This document shows positions 50,623 through 60,463 of a stretch of 64,000 bases of DNA, piece by piece (within the stretch, counting starts at the first letter, position 1; the number at the start of each line of letters is the position of its first letter). Origin of the DNA: a virus (lineage: Duplodnaviria > Caudoviricetes); the IMG/VR virus record IMGVR_UViG_3300015607_004160; one strand, 5' to 3'. The notes under the pieces are model-generated. The model was not told where the DNA came from. It searched no databases and was given only the letters and a program-made list of their open reading frames with translations. The translations under genes and the position numbers were made by a program.

Positions 50623-51950
50623 AACACATAAGAGAGTTTAGTTTATTTGAATCTAAGATTAATGCCATTAGGGTAGAAATACCATATGAAACTTATGAAA
50701 AAGATTCAAATGGTCACTATACCAAAAATAGAATCAAGGGTAAATCTAAAATCATTGATTATGCAGATAGAAAAGTTGTCTTATTTGATATAAATGGAAT
50801 AAGAATTCCATTTTATTTATCATCTGGTCATGCTGGTAAAAAAGATGTTGCGGCAGGAAAGTGGTATCCATTTTTTGGAATAGGTTCAGATTATTGGTTT
50901 AATAAAGGTCATCAAAGTGATATAAATAAGTATTATGAAATAGGTATACTCAAAAGCATTGCTCAATCATTGGATTCAAATATAGGTGACATTAGAAATG
51001 ATAAAACTATTCCTAAAGTAGCTCCAAATGGAATACATCTTGATACAATTAATAGAGATTTGACGCCAACCGAACATGGAATGTCTTATACAGTAAATAA
51101 GTTTTATGACAGTGTTAAAAGGATAAAAGAAAAATTAGAATCATTAAATGAGAACGCATCTTTTAATACATTATATCATCAAATAGATAATAATGAATTC
51201 GGATCCATGGTCAAGGATGTAAATGCTTTAGAACGTTTTGGGTCAGAAATAGATCAAATAGAAAAAGTCCTTAAAAAGGATTGGTCTAAATTAATAATTC
51301 ATTCATCTTATAAGATAGAAATTAGGACTAAAATAGGTAGTGATATTGTAGGGTTTTACATGATATTTTTCAGAATATTTAAATTAAATGATGAATGGTT
51401 TTTAGTTGAAAGAGAGAATATTACAAAAAATACAAAATTATACTATAAGTGTGATCAACTTGATGGATTAATAGAATTACTTGAAGATGAAGGAGTGGTA
51501 GATTTAAGCATACATGAGAGTGTAATGTCACCTGATGAGGTAGAGGACTATTTTATTGAATTTTTAGATGACGGAGATATTAATATAGTAGAATCGGAAC
51601 AAGATGAATTACATCGTCAATGGAGAGGTCGATCTAATATATATTTACACTATCTCTATATTAATAGTGTAAAAATCAATAAATTTGATAGTCATCAAAA
51701 AAAGATAGAATCACCAAAAGTTAATACATCAAAAGAAAATGTTACGTATTTAAAAATAGAAATATTACAACCAAAATGGAGGGTCAGAGGCAATTTGGAT
51801 GTAGGTGGATATACAATTGATACGATGGACTATCTTTTTAGAAAATTCACTAGACACATTAATTGTAATATACTTATTAAGATAATGGATCAAGATTTAT
51901 TTGGAGATATACTGTCTAAATCAATAGTTAGAATTGAATTTTTAAATTAA
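50619..51950 (+). CDS. Tagged three-module protein (unknown domain + module A + module B)
   Basis: Start at MKHIREFSLFES; PFYLSSG..GKWYPFFG domain; LNE junction; DEWFLV..YYKCDQLDGL; IHES junction; EDYFIEFLD. Confidence 0.7.
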   Translation: MKHIREFSLFESKINAIRVEIPYETYEKDSNGHYTKNRIKGKSKIIDYADRKVVLFDINGIRIPFYLSSGHAGKKDVAAGKWYPFFGIGSDYWFNKGHQSDINKYYEIGILKSIAQSLDSNIGDIRNDKTIPKVAPNGIHLDTINRDLTPTEHGMSYTVNKFYDSVKRIKEKLESLNENASFNTLYHQIDNNEFGSMVKDVNALERFGSEIDQIEKVLKKDWSKLIIHSSYKIEIRTKIGSDIVGFYMIFFRIFKLNDEWFLVERENITKNTKLYYKCDQLDGLIELLEDEGVVDLSIHESVMSPDEVEDYFIEFLDDGDINIVESEQDELHRQWRGRSNIYLHYLYINSVKINKFDSHQKKIESPKVNTSKENVTYLKIEILQPKWRVRGNLDVGGYTIDTMDYLFRKFTRHINCNILIKIMDQDLFGDILSKSIVRIEFLN

Positions 51951-51960
51951 TATATAGTTT

Positions 51961-52185
51961 ATGAAGATTATAGATTTATTTCTTAATATTTTTAAAAGTA
52001 AATATATTATCGAATATAAAATAGAAGATAATATTTATAATCTTGTAGTTAAAGGTAGATCAGAAGATGATGCTATAATGAATTTTGAAGAAAAGTGGAT
52101 AAACACATTCGGTAAAGTGTATCCATTTCCTAAATATGAGATACTTTCTGTAAAAAGATTTTTTAATAAAATAAGATTAAGATGA
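51961..52185 (+). CDS. Small hypothetical protein
   Basis: 74-aa ORF preceded by TAATATATA. Confidence 0.55.
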   Translation: MKIIDLFLNIFKSKYIIEYKIEDNIYNLVVKGRSEDDAIMNFEEKWINTFGKVYPFPKYEILSVKRFFNKIRLR

Positions 52186-52739
52186 GATATATTAAAAACT
52201 ATAAAACATTTGAGGCAATATCCTCTCTACTAAATATTCATAATAATGTAGATGAGGGACTTATGAATGTAATTGATAACATATCTTATCCGGGATCATC
52301 TATATTAGAAATTGCTTGCGGAAATGCGGAAGACTCATTATATCTACAAAAAAAAGGATATAAGGTAACATGCACTGATTTGGATGATGGATATATAAAA
52401 AATGCTATAGACAAAGGTTTAAATTGTATTAAGCATGATACTAAAAAGAAATTTCCCTTTATTGATAATGAATTTGATTTAGTATATTCAAGATTAGGAT
52501 TACACTATTTTACAAAAGAGGAATTAAATGAAATCTTTAGGGAGATTAGAAGAATAGGTAAAAAGTTATTAATGAGTGTTAAAATTCAAAATGATAATAT
52601 TAAAACAAATAAGATAATATTAACTCCAGGTGAATGGAAAGAAATCATTTCTAATTTTTTTGAAATTGAAGATGTAAAGATAAGAGAAGGTAAACTATAT
52701 GGTGAGGATGCAAAATGGATGGAAATAATAGCTAAATAA
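52182..52739 (+). CDS. Class I SAM-dependent methyltransferase with N-terminal tag
   Basis: ILEIACGNAED, VTCTD, FPF.DNEFDLVYSRLGLHYF. Confidence 0.85.
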   Translation: MRYIKNYKTFEAISSLLNIHNNVDEGLMNVIDNISYPGSSILEIACGNAEDSLYLQKKGYKVTCTDLDDGYIKNAIDKGLNCIKHDTKKKFPFIDNEFDLVYSRLGLHYFTKEELNEIFREIRRIGKKLLMSVKIQNDNIKTNKIILTPGEWKEIISNFFEIEDVKIREGKLYGEDAKWMEIIAK

Positions 52740-52754
52740 AATAAATTAAGATAT

Positions 52755-53498
52755 ATGAAAAAGATAAAATTATTTGAAGACTATGATAAGGATTATGAAA
52801 AGGGTAAGAAAACTGCTCTTAGTAATTTTCCACACCTTCAAAAAAAAGAAGCTGAGAAAAAGGAAAAAAGGATTAAAAAATCATATAAAGAAGATCCTGA
52901 TGGAATGTATCCAAGAGATGATAAGAGATATGATGATTCAGAAAATAAAGGTGGATGGCAAGATGGTATGGGTAAGCCCGATTGGATAGGTGAGTCCCTT
53001 TTCAAGAAATCAAATAGTGAGTGGGATTATGTTAAAAATGAAATAATAGACAGAATATCCGGATTATCAATAGATTGTCCTGAATGTGAGACTATTATTC
53101 ATGATGATGAACAATATCAATGTGGAACTTGTAACGGTGGTGGAAAAATATGGGTTAAAGAATGGATTGAAAGTCATATTGGATCTTTAAATGAATCTCA
53201 ATTCAATTTAAGTGAAGGTGAGAAGTGGAAGATTTATGCAGGTTTGGGAGGCGGATTCGGTGGTGCCAAATACATTAGAACATTTACAGGACCAAAGGTT
53301 CAAGCCGAAAAGGAGGCTTATTATGCTGCGATTGAGGAATATGAAAGTTATGAAGGATTACACGGATTAAGAACCGTGGACGAGATAATGGAAGAAGATG
53401 AAATTGAGGATCAAGATGAAGCTGAACAGGTATATAACGATGAGAGAGAATCTTGGTTAGAATACTATGTAGAACCAGATGATGGAAAGGAAGAATAA
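52755..53498 (+). CDS. Tagged multi-module protein with CxxC-CxxC zinc finger
   Basis: MKKIKLFEDY; IGES and LNES junctions; CPEC...CGTC. Confidence 0.7.
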   Translation: MKKIKLFEDYDKDYEKGKKTALSNFPHLQKKEAEKKEKRIKKSYKEDPDGMYPRDDKRYDDSENKGGWQDGMGKPDWIGESLFKKSNSEWDYVKNEIIDRISGLSIDCPECETIIHDDEQYQCGTCNGGGKIWVKEWIESHIGSLNESQFNLSEGEKWKIYAGLGGGFGGAKYIRTFTGPKVQAEKEAYYAAIEEYESYEGLHGLRTVDEIMEEDEIEDQDEAEQVYNDERESWLEYYVEPDDGKEE

Positions 53499-53531
53499 AA
53501 TAACCGATTGATAATCAATCAGTTATTTTAA

Positions 53532-53563
53532 TTTGATGAATTCGTGAACTTTTATTACTTTTG
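53532..53563 (+). promoter_or_regulatory. Complete Bacteroidota sigma-A-type promoter (-33 TTTG, -7 TACTTTTG)
   Basis: TTTG at 53532-53535, 20-nt spacer, TACTTTTG at 53556-53563, upstream of the helicase start at 53580. Confidence 0.55.
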
Positions 53564-53579
53564 TAGATAAACTTATAGT

Positions 53580-55196
53580 ATGTCAATAAAGAGTAAAAAA
53601 GACTATCTTAACAAAAAACTATCTACACTTAACGAAGATCAAAGGAAGATATTTAATGAAATTTTAAGAAATAAACTTCTTCAAATCTGTATTCCAACTG
53701 GTGGGGGTAAAAATTACCTAATGTTTATTGATCTTCTCTTTAGGATTATTAAAAATCAAGGAAATATATTTGCTATATCATCACATAGGCTAATGCTAAA
53801 TACACAGCATTTGACAGATATATTTGAACTACTTAGTCCATTAATTGGGGAAGTTGGATTTGTTTTTGTTGGAAGCTCAAAATATGATGTAAGTAAATTT
53901 CAAACACCCTCATTTAATACTGCTTTATTAAAAAAGAAATTATCTTTTAATGAAATTGTTTCTTCTACAACTTCTAAAAAAGAGGTTGAAAGTTTAGTTT
54001 CAGATCACATTTCTAATGGTAGAAAAGTTATTGTAATATCTACCTATCACTCATTGCATACATTAAAAGGGTTAGAAATCGACACATTATATTGTGATGA
54101 AGCCCATACTTTAGCATCTGAAGCAGATACTGCACAATTTAGAGATAATTATAATACAATTAAAGCTGATAATAGATTTTTTCTAACTGCAACTCCGAAA
54201 GATTGTATAGAAGAAACCGAATCATTTTTGATGAATAATACAGAAATATTTGGAGAACGAATTGGATTAACATTTAAAGAGTGTGTAGATAAAGGATATA
54301 TTACTAAACCAGTCATACATATTGCATTACCGACCAATTTTACAATTGGGGCTGATTACAAGTCAATTGAAAATATGGCTAAATTTATCACGGATACATA
54401 TACTGCACATTCTAAATTTATTGAAGAACAATCTTCTGATAACACAAAGATTGAGGCTAAAATTCTAGTAAAATGTCCATCTGTATCTGATATGTGGAAA
54501 ATATATGCAACACTTCTTGGTAAAGTTGGTACCGTTAAAATATGTGCTGGGGCTGCTCCAAATAAAGATAATCCAAATGTTCACAATCATTATATTGATA
54601 GTTTAGGAATTGGTGATAGAGGTGATTATTTAGAAGCCTTACAGAACTTTGATGAAAATGAGGGAGCAATCGTTTTACACTATGATACGATGTCTGAGGG
54701 AATTAATGTGGCTGGATTTACTGGGGTTGAATTTTTGGGTGGTAAACTGCCAACTATTACTAAGGTGTTACAAAACACCGGAAGAGCTACAAGGTTACAT
54801 AGTGGTGATAGAAATCGAGTTAGAAGTGGTGAGATAAATACATCTGATTATTCTAAGTGGATTAAGCCCTATTGTTCTGTTATTATACCTTATTGGGATA
54901 GTGTAAGTGAATTTACTACAAGAGAACTAGCTCGTCAAATTAAAGATTTGAGAGATAATTTTGCATATGATCCAACATACTACATCAGTATTGGTAGTGA
55001 TATCGGTGATGGTAAAAAGAAAGAAGATATGGATATTCTTAACTCTAAGAATGAGAGGAACAAAAAGTTTGAAATCATTGATGAAATTAAAAATGAAATT
55101 GAACTTTTAGATAAAGAACAAATAGATATGATAGAGTCAGAAAGAATCAATAATATGACTATGGAAGAATGGTTTGAATTTGCTAATAAAAATTAA
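53580..55196 (+). CDS. SF2 DExH helicase/ATPase (restriction-enzyme Res-like)
   Basis: IPTGGGK, STYHS, DEAH, TATP, MSEGIN, QNTGRATR. Confidence 0.88.
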   Translation: MSIKSKKDYLNKKLSTLNEDQRKIFNEILRNKLLQICIPTGGGKNYLMFIDLLFRIIKNQGNIFAISSHRLMLNTQHLTDIFELLSPLIGEVGFVFVGSSKYDVSKFQTPSFNTALLKKKLSFNEIVSSTTSKKEVESLVSDHISNGRKVIVISTYHSLHTLKGLEIDTLYCDEAHTLASEADTAQFRDNYNTIKADNRFFLTATPKDCIEETESFLMNNTEIFGERIGLTFKECVDKGYITKPVIHIALPTNFTIGADYKSIENMAKFITDTYTAHSKFIEEQSSDNTKIEAKILVKCPSVSDMWKIYATLLGKVGTVKICAGAAPNKDNPNVHNHYIDSLGIGDRGDYLEALQNFDENEGAIVLHYDTMSEGINVAGFTGVEFLGGKLPTITKVLQNTGRATRLHSGDRNRVRSGEINTSDYSKWIKPYCSVIIPYWDSVSEFTTRELARQIKDLRDNFAYDPTYYISIGSDIGDGKKKEDMDILNSKNERNKKFEIIDEIKNEIELLDKEQIDMIESERINNMTMEEWFEFANKN

Positions 55197-55201
55197 AAAT
55201 T

Positions 55202-55555
55202 ATGACATTTATAGAAGCAGCTAAATATATTCTAGAGAAAAACGGAAACAAACCTATGCCTTCTAGCGATATATGGAAAGAAATATCAGATTTAAAATTG
55301 GTCACAACAACTGGAAAAACACCTGCCGCGAGTTTGAACACAATTATACTCGGTCAATGCAAAGATACACCAGCAAAATCATTAAAACATAAAAATAACC
55401 TTATATTTGAAATCATTGGAAATAATCCGATGAAATTTAGATTGTGTAATTATGTCCCAAGTAATATTAAGGAAAGTCTAATAAAAAATGGATTTGTGAC
55501 AATTGATGCTTTGAAGGAAATTTTAGCAAAAAACAATATAAATATCGAAATTTAA
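55202..55555 (+). CDS. HARE-HTH (HB1/ASXL/restriction endonuclease) winged-helix protein
   Basis: MTFIEAA..IL....PM...DIW..I....L..T.GKTP.ASL. Confidence 0.8.
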   Translation: MTFIEAAKYILEKNGNKPMPSSDIWKEISDLKLVTTTGKTPAASLNTIILGQCKDTPAKSLKHKNNLIFEIIGNNPMKFRLCNYVPSNIKESLIKNGFVTIDALKEILAKNNINIEI

Positions 55556-55565
55556 TATATAACCA

Positions 55566-57167
55566 ATGTTAGAGCTAATAGATAATACCCAAATAATTGG
55601 GGCGACTTACACACCCAAACATTATCAACTTTTTGAAAAAACTGGCAATAAAAATCTTTTTGAAGAGGTTATTGATATGATGATGTTAGAAACCTTCTCA
55701 GAAGAATTCAAGCAGAAGGTAATGAGTATGCCATTGAAAGAAAAAAGAATGGCAATTCTTAGCCTTTTAGATAAAGATAGAAATCTATTTTTAAGAATAA
55801 AATCACTAATCAATGGTGGTATTGGAAAATTTGAGCATATTAAAGATGTAATTAAAATGTTACGTGAATATGTTAAAGTGGGTGAGGTCGAAAAGAAAAA
55901 ATATGGAGAGGTTATGACTCCACTTGAATTGGTTAAGGAGATGCTTAATACTTTACCAGAGGATGTATGGTCTAATCCTAATTTAAAATGGCTAGATCCA
56001 GCTAATGGAACTGGACCATATCCATTAATGGTTATTTATAAATTAATGAATGGTCTCAAAGAGTGGGAACCAAATGAGGAAAAGAGATACAAACATATTG
56101 TTGAAAATATGATTTATGTTTGTGAGCTTCAACCGAAGAATATGTTTCTCTATATGTGTGCTGTTGATCCTTGGGATATGTATCATTTAAATATCTATAC
56201 TGGGTCCTTTTTAACTGATGGATTTGATAAACATATGAAAGAGGTTTGGAATGTAGATAAATTTGATATTGTGATGGGAAATCCACCCTATCAGGAAATG
56301 GATGGTGGATCTAAAGCATCAGCTAAACCGATATATAACCTATTTGTATTAAAATCTACTAAACTATCTAATAAAATTTTATTTATTACACCAAGTAGAT
56401 GGTTTATTGGTGGAAAGGGACTAGACCTTTATAGAAAATTTATGATGGAATCTAATAAAATTAAATCTATTAAACATTATAATGATGCGACTCAAATATT
56501 TGGTAATAATGTAGATATAACAGGTGGTGTGTCTTATTTTTTATTTGATAATATGTATAATGGAAATTGTAATTTAAATAATAATATAGTTAATTTAAAT
56601 GAATATGATGTAATAGTAGACCCGTCATATATTTCTATAATTAATAAATTTAAGAATTATAACAGCATATCTACAATATGTATGGGTAGAGGAGACAATA
56701 CATTCGGAATTCAAACAAATGATAGAAGGATATCTGAGTATTTGCCTGGGTATATTAAATGTTTTGTAAGCCAATCAAAAGGATTTGAAAAGTGGATAGA
56801 TGGATCAAAAATTAAGAACCATCAACATATAGACAAATATAAAGTAATTACCGCTGAGTCAAACGGGTCATATCCTAGATTTGGTAATAAATTTATAGCA
56901 CACCCATATATGGTTTGCTCAGGTAGTTATATATGGTTTGTAATGAGATCAAAAGAGGAAGCAGAGTCATTAATTTCATATATGGAATGTAAATTGGTAA
57001 ACTATTTACTTTCTATTAGAAAAATAAGTCAACACATAAAACCAAGCACATTAAAGTGGATACCTATGGTCCCATTTGATAGAAAATGGACAGATGAACA
57101 ACTTTTTGAATATTTCAATTTGACAGAAGAAGAGAGAAATTTAATTTTAAACTACGACAAAAAGTAA
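55566..57167 (+). CDS. Eco57I-like N6-adenine DNA methyltransferase with C-terminal target-recognition region
   Basis: GEVMTP, WLDPANGTG (motif I), MGNPPY (motif IV), ITPSRW. Confidence 0.9.
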   Translation: MLELIDNTQIIGATYTPKHYQLFEKTGNKNLFEEVIDMMMLETFSEEFKQKVMSMPLKEKRMAILSLLDKDRNLFLRIKSLINGGIGKFEHIKDVIKMLREYVKVGEVEKKKYGEVMTPLELVKEMLNTLPEDVWSNPNLKWLDPANGTGPYPLMVIYKLMNGLKEWEPNEEKRYKHIVENMIYVCELQPKNMFLYMCAVDPWDMYHLNIYTGSFLTDGFDKHMKEVWNVDKFDIVMGNPPYQEMDGGSKASAKPIYNLFVLKSTKLSNKILFITPSRWFIGGKGLDLYRKFMMESNKIKSIKHYNDATQIFGNNVDITGGVSYFLFDNMYNGNCNLNNNIVNLNEYDVIVDPSYISIINKFKNYNSISTICMGRGDNTFGIQTNDRRISEYLPGYIKCFVSQSKGFEKWIDGSKIKNHQHIDKYKVITAESNGSYPRFGNKFIAHPYMVCSGSYIWFVMRSKEEAESLISYMECKLVNYLLSIRKISQHIKPSTLKWIPMVPFDRKWTDEQLFEYFNLTEEERNLILNYDKK

Positions 57168-57171
57168 TTAA

Positions 57172-57789
57172 ATGAAAACAATACAACATGAGGCTTTTGT
57201 AAACCTTTATAATAAGAATAAAAAGGTATTTGAACTAATCTTCAAAGACACAAAAACCCTTTCACAACTATCTAGTAAAATTATTAAACTATCAAAAACA
57301 TTTGATAAATTTGCCTATAAAGACGCAGATAAATTAAAAGGAGACCTCTTTGAAATATTCTCGGAATGCTTCTTCAAAATCCTATCCGCGGATAATAGAA
57401 TCGGAGTCGGAAACTATCAACCTGCACCACCCATCGACGACTATGGTGTAGATGGAACCGGTATCGGAATGGATGACAAACCCACAACCATACAAGTTAA
57501 ATTCCGTTCAGACGCGACCACTGAACTAACACAAGATGATATCAAACAATTTGCACTTCAATCCATAGTTAATTTTGGTGTTGATAAAGATACCAAAACA
57601 AATATGATAGTATTTACCAACGCAAAAGGATTACACTGGATAACCGAATCAAAAGTCTTCTCAGGAAGACTTAGAGCAATTGGATATACAGAAATATCAT
57701 CACTCATAGATAATAATACAAATTTTTGGAGAGAAGTAGAATCACTAATTACCGATACTATAAACGAAAAATATACAATAGTGAATTAA
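57172..57789 (+). CDS. Mrr-like PD-(D/E)XK restriction endonuclease
   Basis: KGDLFE...DYGVDG.G......IQVKF signature. Confidence 0.7.
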   Translation: MKTIQHEAFVNLYNKNKKVFELIFKDTKTLSQLSSKIIKLSKTFDKFAYKDADKLKGDLFEIFSECFFKILSADNRIGVGNYQPAPPIDDYGVDGTGIGMDDKPTTIQVKFRSDATTELTQDDIKQFALQSIVNFGVDKDTKTNMIVFTNAKGLHWITESKVFSGRLRAIGYTEISSLIDNNTNFWREVESLITDTINEKYTIVN

Positions 57790-57790
57790 T

Positions 57791-57822
57791 AAAAAGAGTC
57801 AGAAAAATCTGACTCTTTTTTT
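57791..57822 (+). terminator. Intrinsic terminator closing the R-M-like cassette
   Basis: aaaaagagtcaga-aaaa-tctgactcttttt followed by a T-run. Confidence 0.8.
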
Positions 57823-57835
57823 TATATATACATTT

Positions 57836-58432
57836 ATGAGAAATATTAAATTATTTAAAGAGTTCTCGTTATATGTAGATAAGGATGGTAAAATGCGCGA
57901 ATCTGATTGGGAAACTGATGAGAATGAAGATATTGGACCTGGTGATTTAGTTCATTTTAAAAAGTATGGAACACTTTATGTGGTTACCATAACAGTAGAT
58001 GGGTATGTGGTATCAGAAGATGAAGAGCAAAGATATATGGGAGATGAGGGAGAAGGACATATAATACCTCTCTCAGCAGCATTAGATGCACAAATATTAG
58101 AGAAGGGTGATGATGAAGGATATTTGATGGAATCCAACAGCGAAATAGAGGTTAAATTTGTTAGTAAGAGAAATCGAACACAAGCTTTTAATGTATATAA
58201 AACTCCAGATGGTAGAATTACAAGAATTGAAAAGCCTAATCATGTTCATGTTAATTTTCCATTTAAAGTTGGTCAGGTATTAAATAGAAATATAGAAACA
58301 TGGGCTTGTAATAATCACTTTTATATAGATGGAAAGGATACTTGCCCAGAAGAAAAAATATTTGGTATTAGGAAATCCGATATACCAAAAGGACATGAGT
58401 TAAGAAACTTATTTCCAAATAAATTTAGATAA
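57836..58432 (+). CDS. Tagged two-module hypothetical protein
   Basis: MRNIKLFKEF; LMES junction. Confidence 0.65.
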   Translation: MRNIKLFKEFSLYVDKDGKMRESDWETDENEDIGPGDLVHFKKYGTLYVVTITVDGYVVSEDEEQRYMGDEGEGHIIPLSAALDAQILEKGDDEGYLMESNSEIEVKFVSKRNRTQAFNVYKTPDGRITRIEKPNHVHVNFPFKVGQVLNRNIETWACNNHFYIDGKDTCPEEKIFGIRKSDIPKGHELRNLFPNKFR

Positions 58433-58437
58433 TAAAT

Positions 58438-58659
58438 ATGAAACATTTAAAAAAATTTGAAGATACTAAACCAAGTATCATAAACGAATCTAAATCCACA
58501 ATTGATCCAGTAGTATCTATGGAAGTAGAGACAGTAGAATGGGACGATCCAGAAGATTTCGGAAAAACAAAAACACTTATTGTTAAAACAAAAAGTGGAA
58601 AAATTTACAAAACTAAGTTAAAATCTGATGAAGATGAAGACTATAGTGGAGAGCAATAA
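58438..58659 (+). CDS. Small tagged hypothetical protein
   Basis: MKHLKKFED..INES. Confidence 0.65.
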   Translation: MKHLKKFEDTKPSIINESKSTIDPVVSMEVETVEWDDPEDFGKTKTLIVKTKSGKIYKTKLKSDEDEDYSGEQ

Positions 58660-58677
58660 ATAAATTTAGAAAATAAT

Positions 58678-59118
58678 ATGAGACACATTAAACTATTTGA
58701 AAATTTTGAGGAAGAAAAAGAGTGTAAGTGGTGTTATAAAAAATTTACACCAGAGAAAAAGTTCCAAGATTGTTGCTGTTCCGAATGTGATGGTAAATAT
58801 AACAACTATTTAGGCAATGATGGTGCTGAGGCTCCTTGGTCCAAGTATACCGAATCCAAAATTTATGACTATAAAATACTTCCAAAAGAAGCTATTAAGG
58901 AATTAGAAATGTATGTCAATGTAAATAATCCATCAAATAAAATAGAAGTCTATCCAGATCCACAAGTTGAAGGAACATATGCACTAAGAATAACAAGAAA
59001 TGAACATGGACATACACATCCTGAAGTATTCACATTATTATGGAATAAAGGTGGATATGATGAAATTGATTTTGATGAATTTCCACCAAAATCTGGAAAC
59101 TTAAAATTTTTTATATAA
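58678..59118 (+). CDS. Tagged protein with zinc-finger module
   Basis: MRHIKLFENF; CKWC...CCCSEC; YTES junction. Confidence 0.65.
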   Translation: MRHIKLFENFEEEKECKWCYKKFTPEKKFQDCCCSECDGKYNNYLGNDGAEAPWSKYTESKIYDYKILPKEAIKELEMYVNVNNPSNKIEVYPDPQVEGTYALRITRNEHGHTHPEVFTLLWNKGGYDEIDFDEFPPKSGNLKFFI

Positions 59119-59463
59119 ATGAAAATTAGAAGATTTAATGAAGGTATATCTAATTTAAAATATGAAAGCTTTGATTTCTTTGACATAACTGTTGAGAAGT
59201 TAAAACATTATAAAGGATGGACCGTCTTCTATATTTCAAAAGAAGATCAATATTGTCAAGTTTTTAATTTCACTAATAAGGAAGACTTTGATAGAAACTT
59301 TTCAATAAATAAACATCCAAATTATCCAGGTAATATTGTTGCCCCTAATAATGTTGAAGAGACAGAACATGGAAATTCAGATAGATGTATAATAGATGGC
59401 CAAGAATTTTATTTAGAAACTCTTGAATTATATCTAATAATAGATGGAAAATTAATGAGATAA
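59119..59463 (+). CDS. Tagged hypothetical protein
   Basis: MKIRRFNEG. Confidence 0.65.
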   Translation: MKIRRFNEGISNLKYESFDFFDITVEKLKHYKGWTVFYISKEDQYCQVFNFTNKEDFDRNFSINKHPNYPGNIVAPNNVEETEHGNSDRCIIDGQEFYLETLELYLIIDGKLMR

Positions 59464-59838
59464 ATGAAATATATTAAAACATTTGAGAATGAGGTATCTC
59501 CAGTTGATTTAATAGAAGACTACTTTCTTGAACTAGTAGATAGTAAATGGAAAGTATCTGTGAAAAAAACTAATGCAGTTTATAGAAAAGATGATGGTGT
59601 TAGTAGATCATATCATATTAAAAATGGTGTTAATAATTCTGGATATCCCGACTCTTATATTTATAGAAAAAAACCTGGATATATAGTTTCATCTATCATA
59701 GATAGTGATACTAATGTTGTTAGTGAATTTCTTAATGATGTTAATAAGGTTGCAAATAGATTTAGTTTAAAGTCTAAATTATATGGAATAGTGGAGAGAG
59801 GTAACAAAATATTAATAAAAATTGAAATTATAGAATGA
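59464..59838 (+). CDS. Tagged module-B protein
   Basis: MKYIKTFENE; EDYFLELVD; KKPGYIV. Confidence 0.65.
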   Translation: MKYIKTFENEVSPVDLIEDYFLELVDSKWKVSVKKTNAVYRKDDGVSRSYHIKNGVNNSGYPDSYIYRKKPGYIVSSIIDSDTNVVSEFLNDVNKVANRFSLKSKLYGIVERGNKILIKIEIIE

Positions 59839-60173
59839 AATATTTAAAACTATTTGAAGCATTTAATCCATATGATGATGAACCATTAAGCAGAGTCGAA
59901 CAACATTTTGGTAAGCAAACACGATTAGAAAAACAATTTTCAGAAATTGTTACTAATGGATTAATGGGTGAGGATGATTGCTTTTGGTCTTGTTTTAATG
60001 CTCTTAAAATAGAAATAAAGGAAGTAATTGATGAGGATGATGATTTATATAAAGAGTTCATGCATAGGATAGTAGAAGGTGAGAATCCAGTTGATGTTAT
60101 TAATTGGATATGTAAAGAAATTCCTAAAAATGCCGAAATTGATAGATTATTACAAAAAATAAATAACCTATGA
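59835..60173 (+). CDS. Tagged hypothetical protein
   Basis: MKYLKLFEAF. Confidence 0.65.
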   Translation: MKYLKLFEAFNPYDDEPLSRVEQHFGKQTRLEKQFSEIVTNGLMGEDDCFWSCFNALKIEIKEVIDEDDDLYKEFMHRIVEGENPVDVINWICKEIPKNAEIDRLLQKINNL

Positions 60174-60463
60174 AATATCTAAAGTTATTTGAATCAAATA
60201 GAATGCCAAAGAGATGTAGCCAAAAAGAAGCTACAGATAAATTGAACTCTTTTAAAAGAGAAAAGCTATCTGAAAACGAGATAAAATGGATATGTTCAAA
60301 ATTTTCAGACATAAAATTAGCTAAGAGCTCAATATATATCAAAGACAATATTTTAATAAGTAAGTTATGTGATAGTTGGTTTATAATATTTACTGAACAT
60401 GATGCAGAATATTATATAGCTGACGAATTCATAGAGGTCCAAAATTTTTTACAATCAATATGA
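60170..60463 (+). CDS. Tagged, divergent module-A protein
   Basis: MKYLKLFES; KLCDSWFII...YYIADE. Confidence 0.65.
   Translation: MKYLKLFESNRMPKRCSQKEATDKLNSFKREKLSENEIKWICSKFSDIKLAKSSIYIKDNILISKLCDSWFIIFTEHDAEYYIADEFIEVQNFLQSI

Noticed and set aside
53501-53525. Inverted repeat as the end of a mobile element carrying the R-M cassette
   Set aside because: It is an imperfect local hairpin with no matching copy or target duplication at the other end and no transposase or integrase; more likely a weak terminator.
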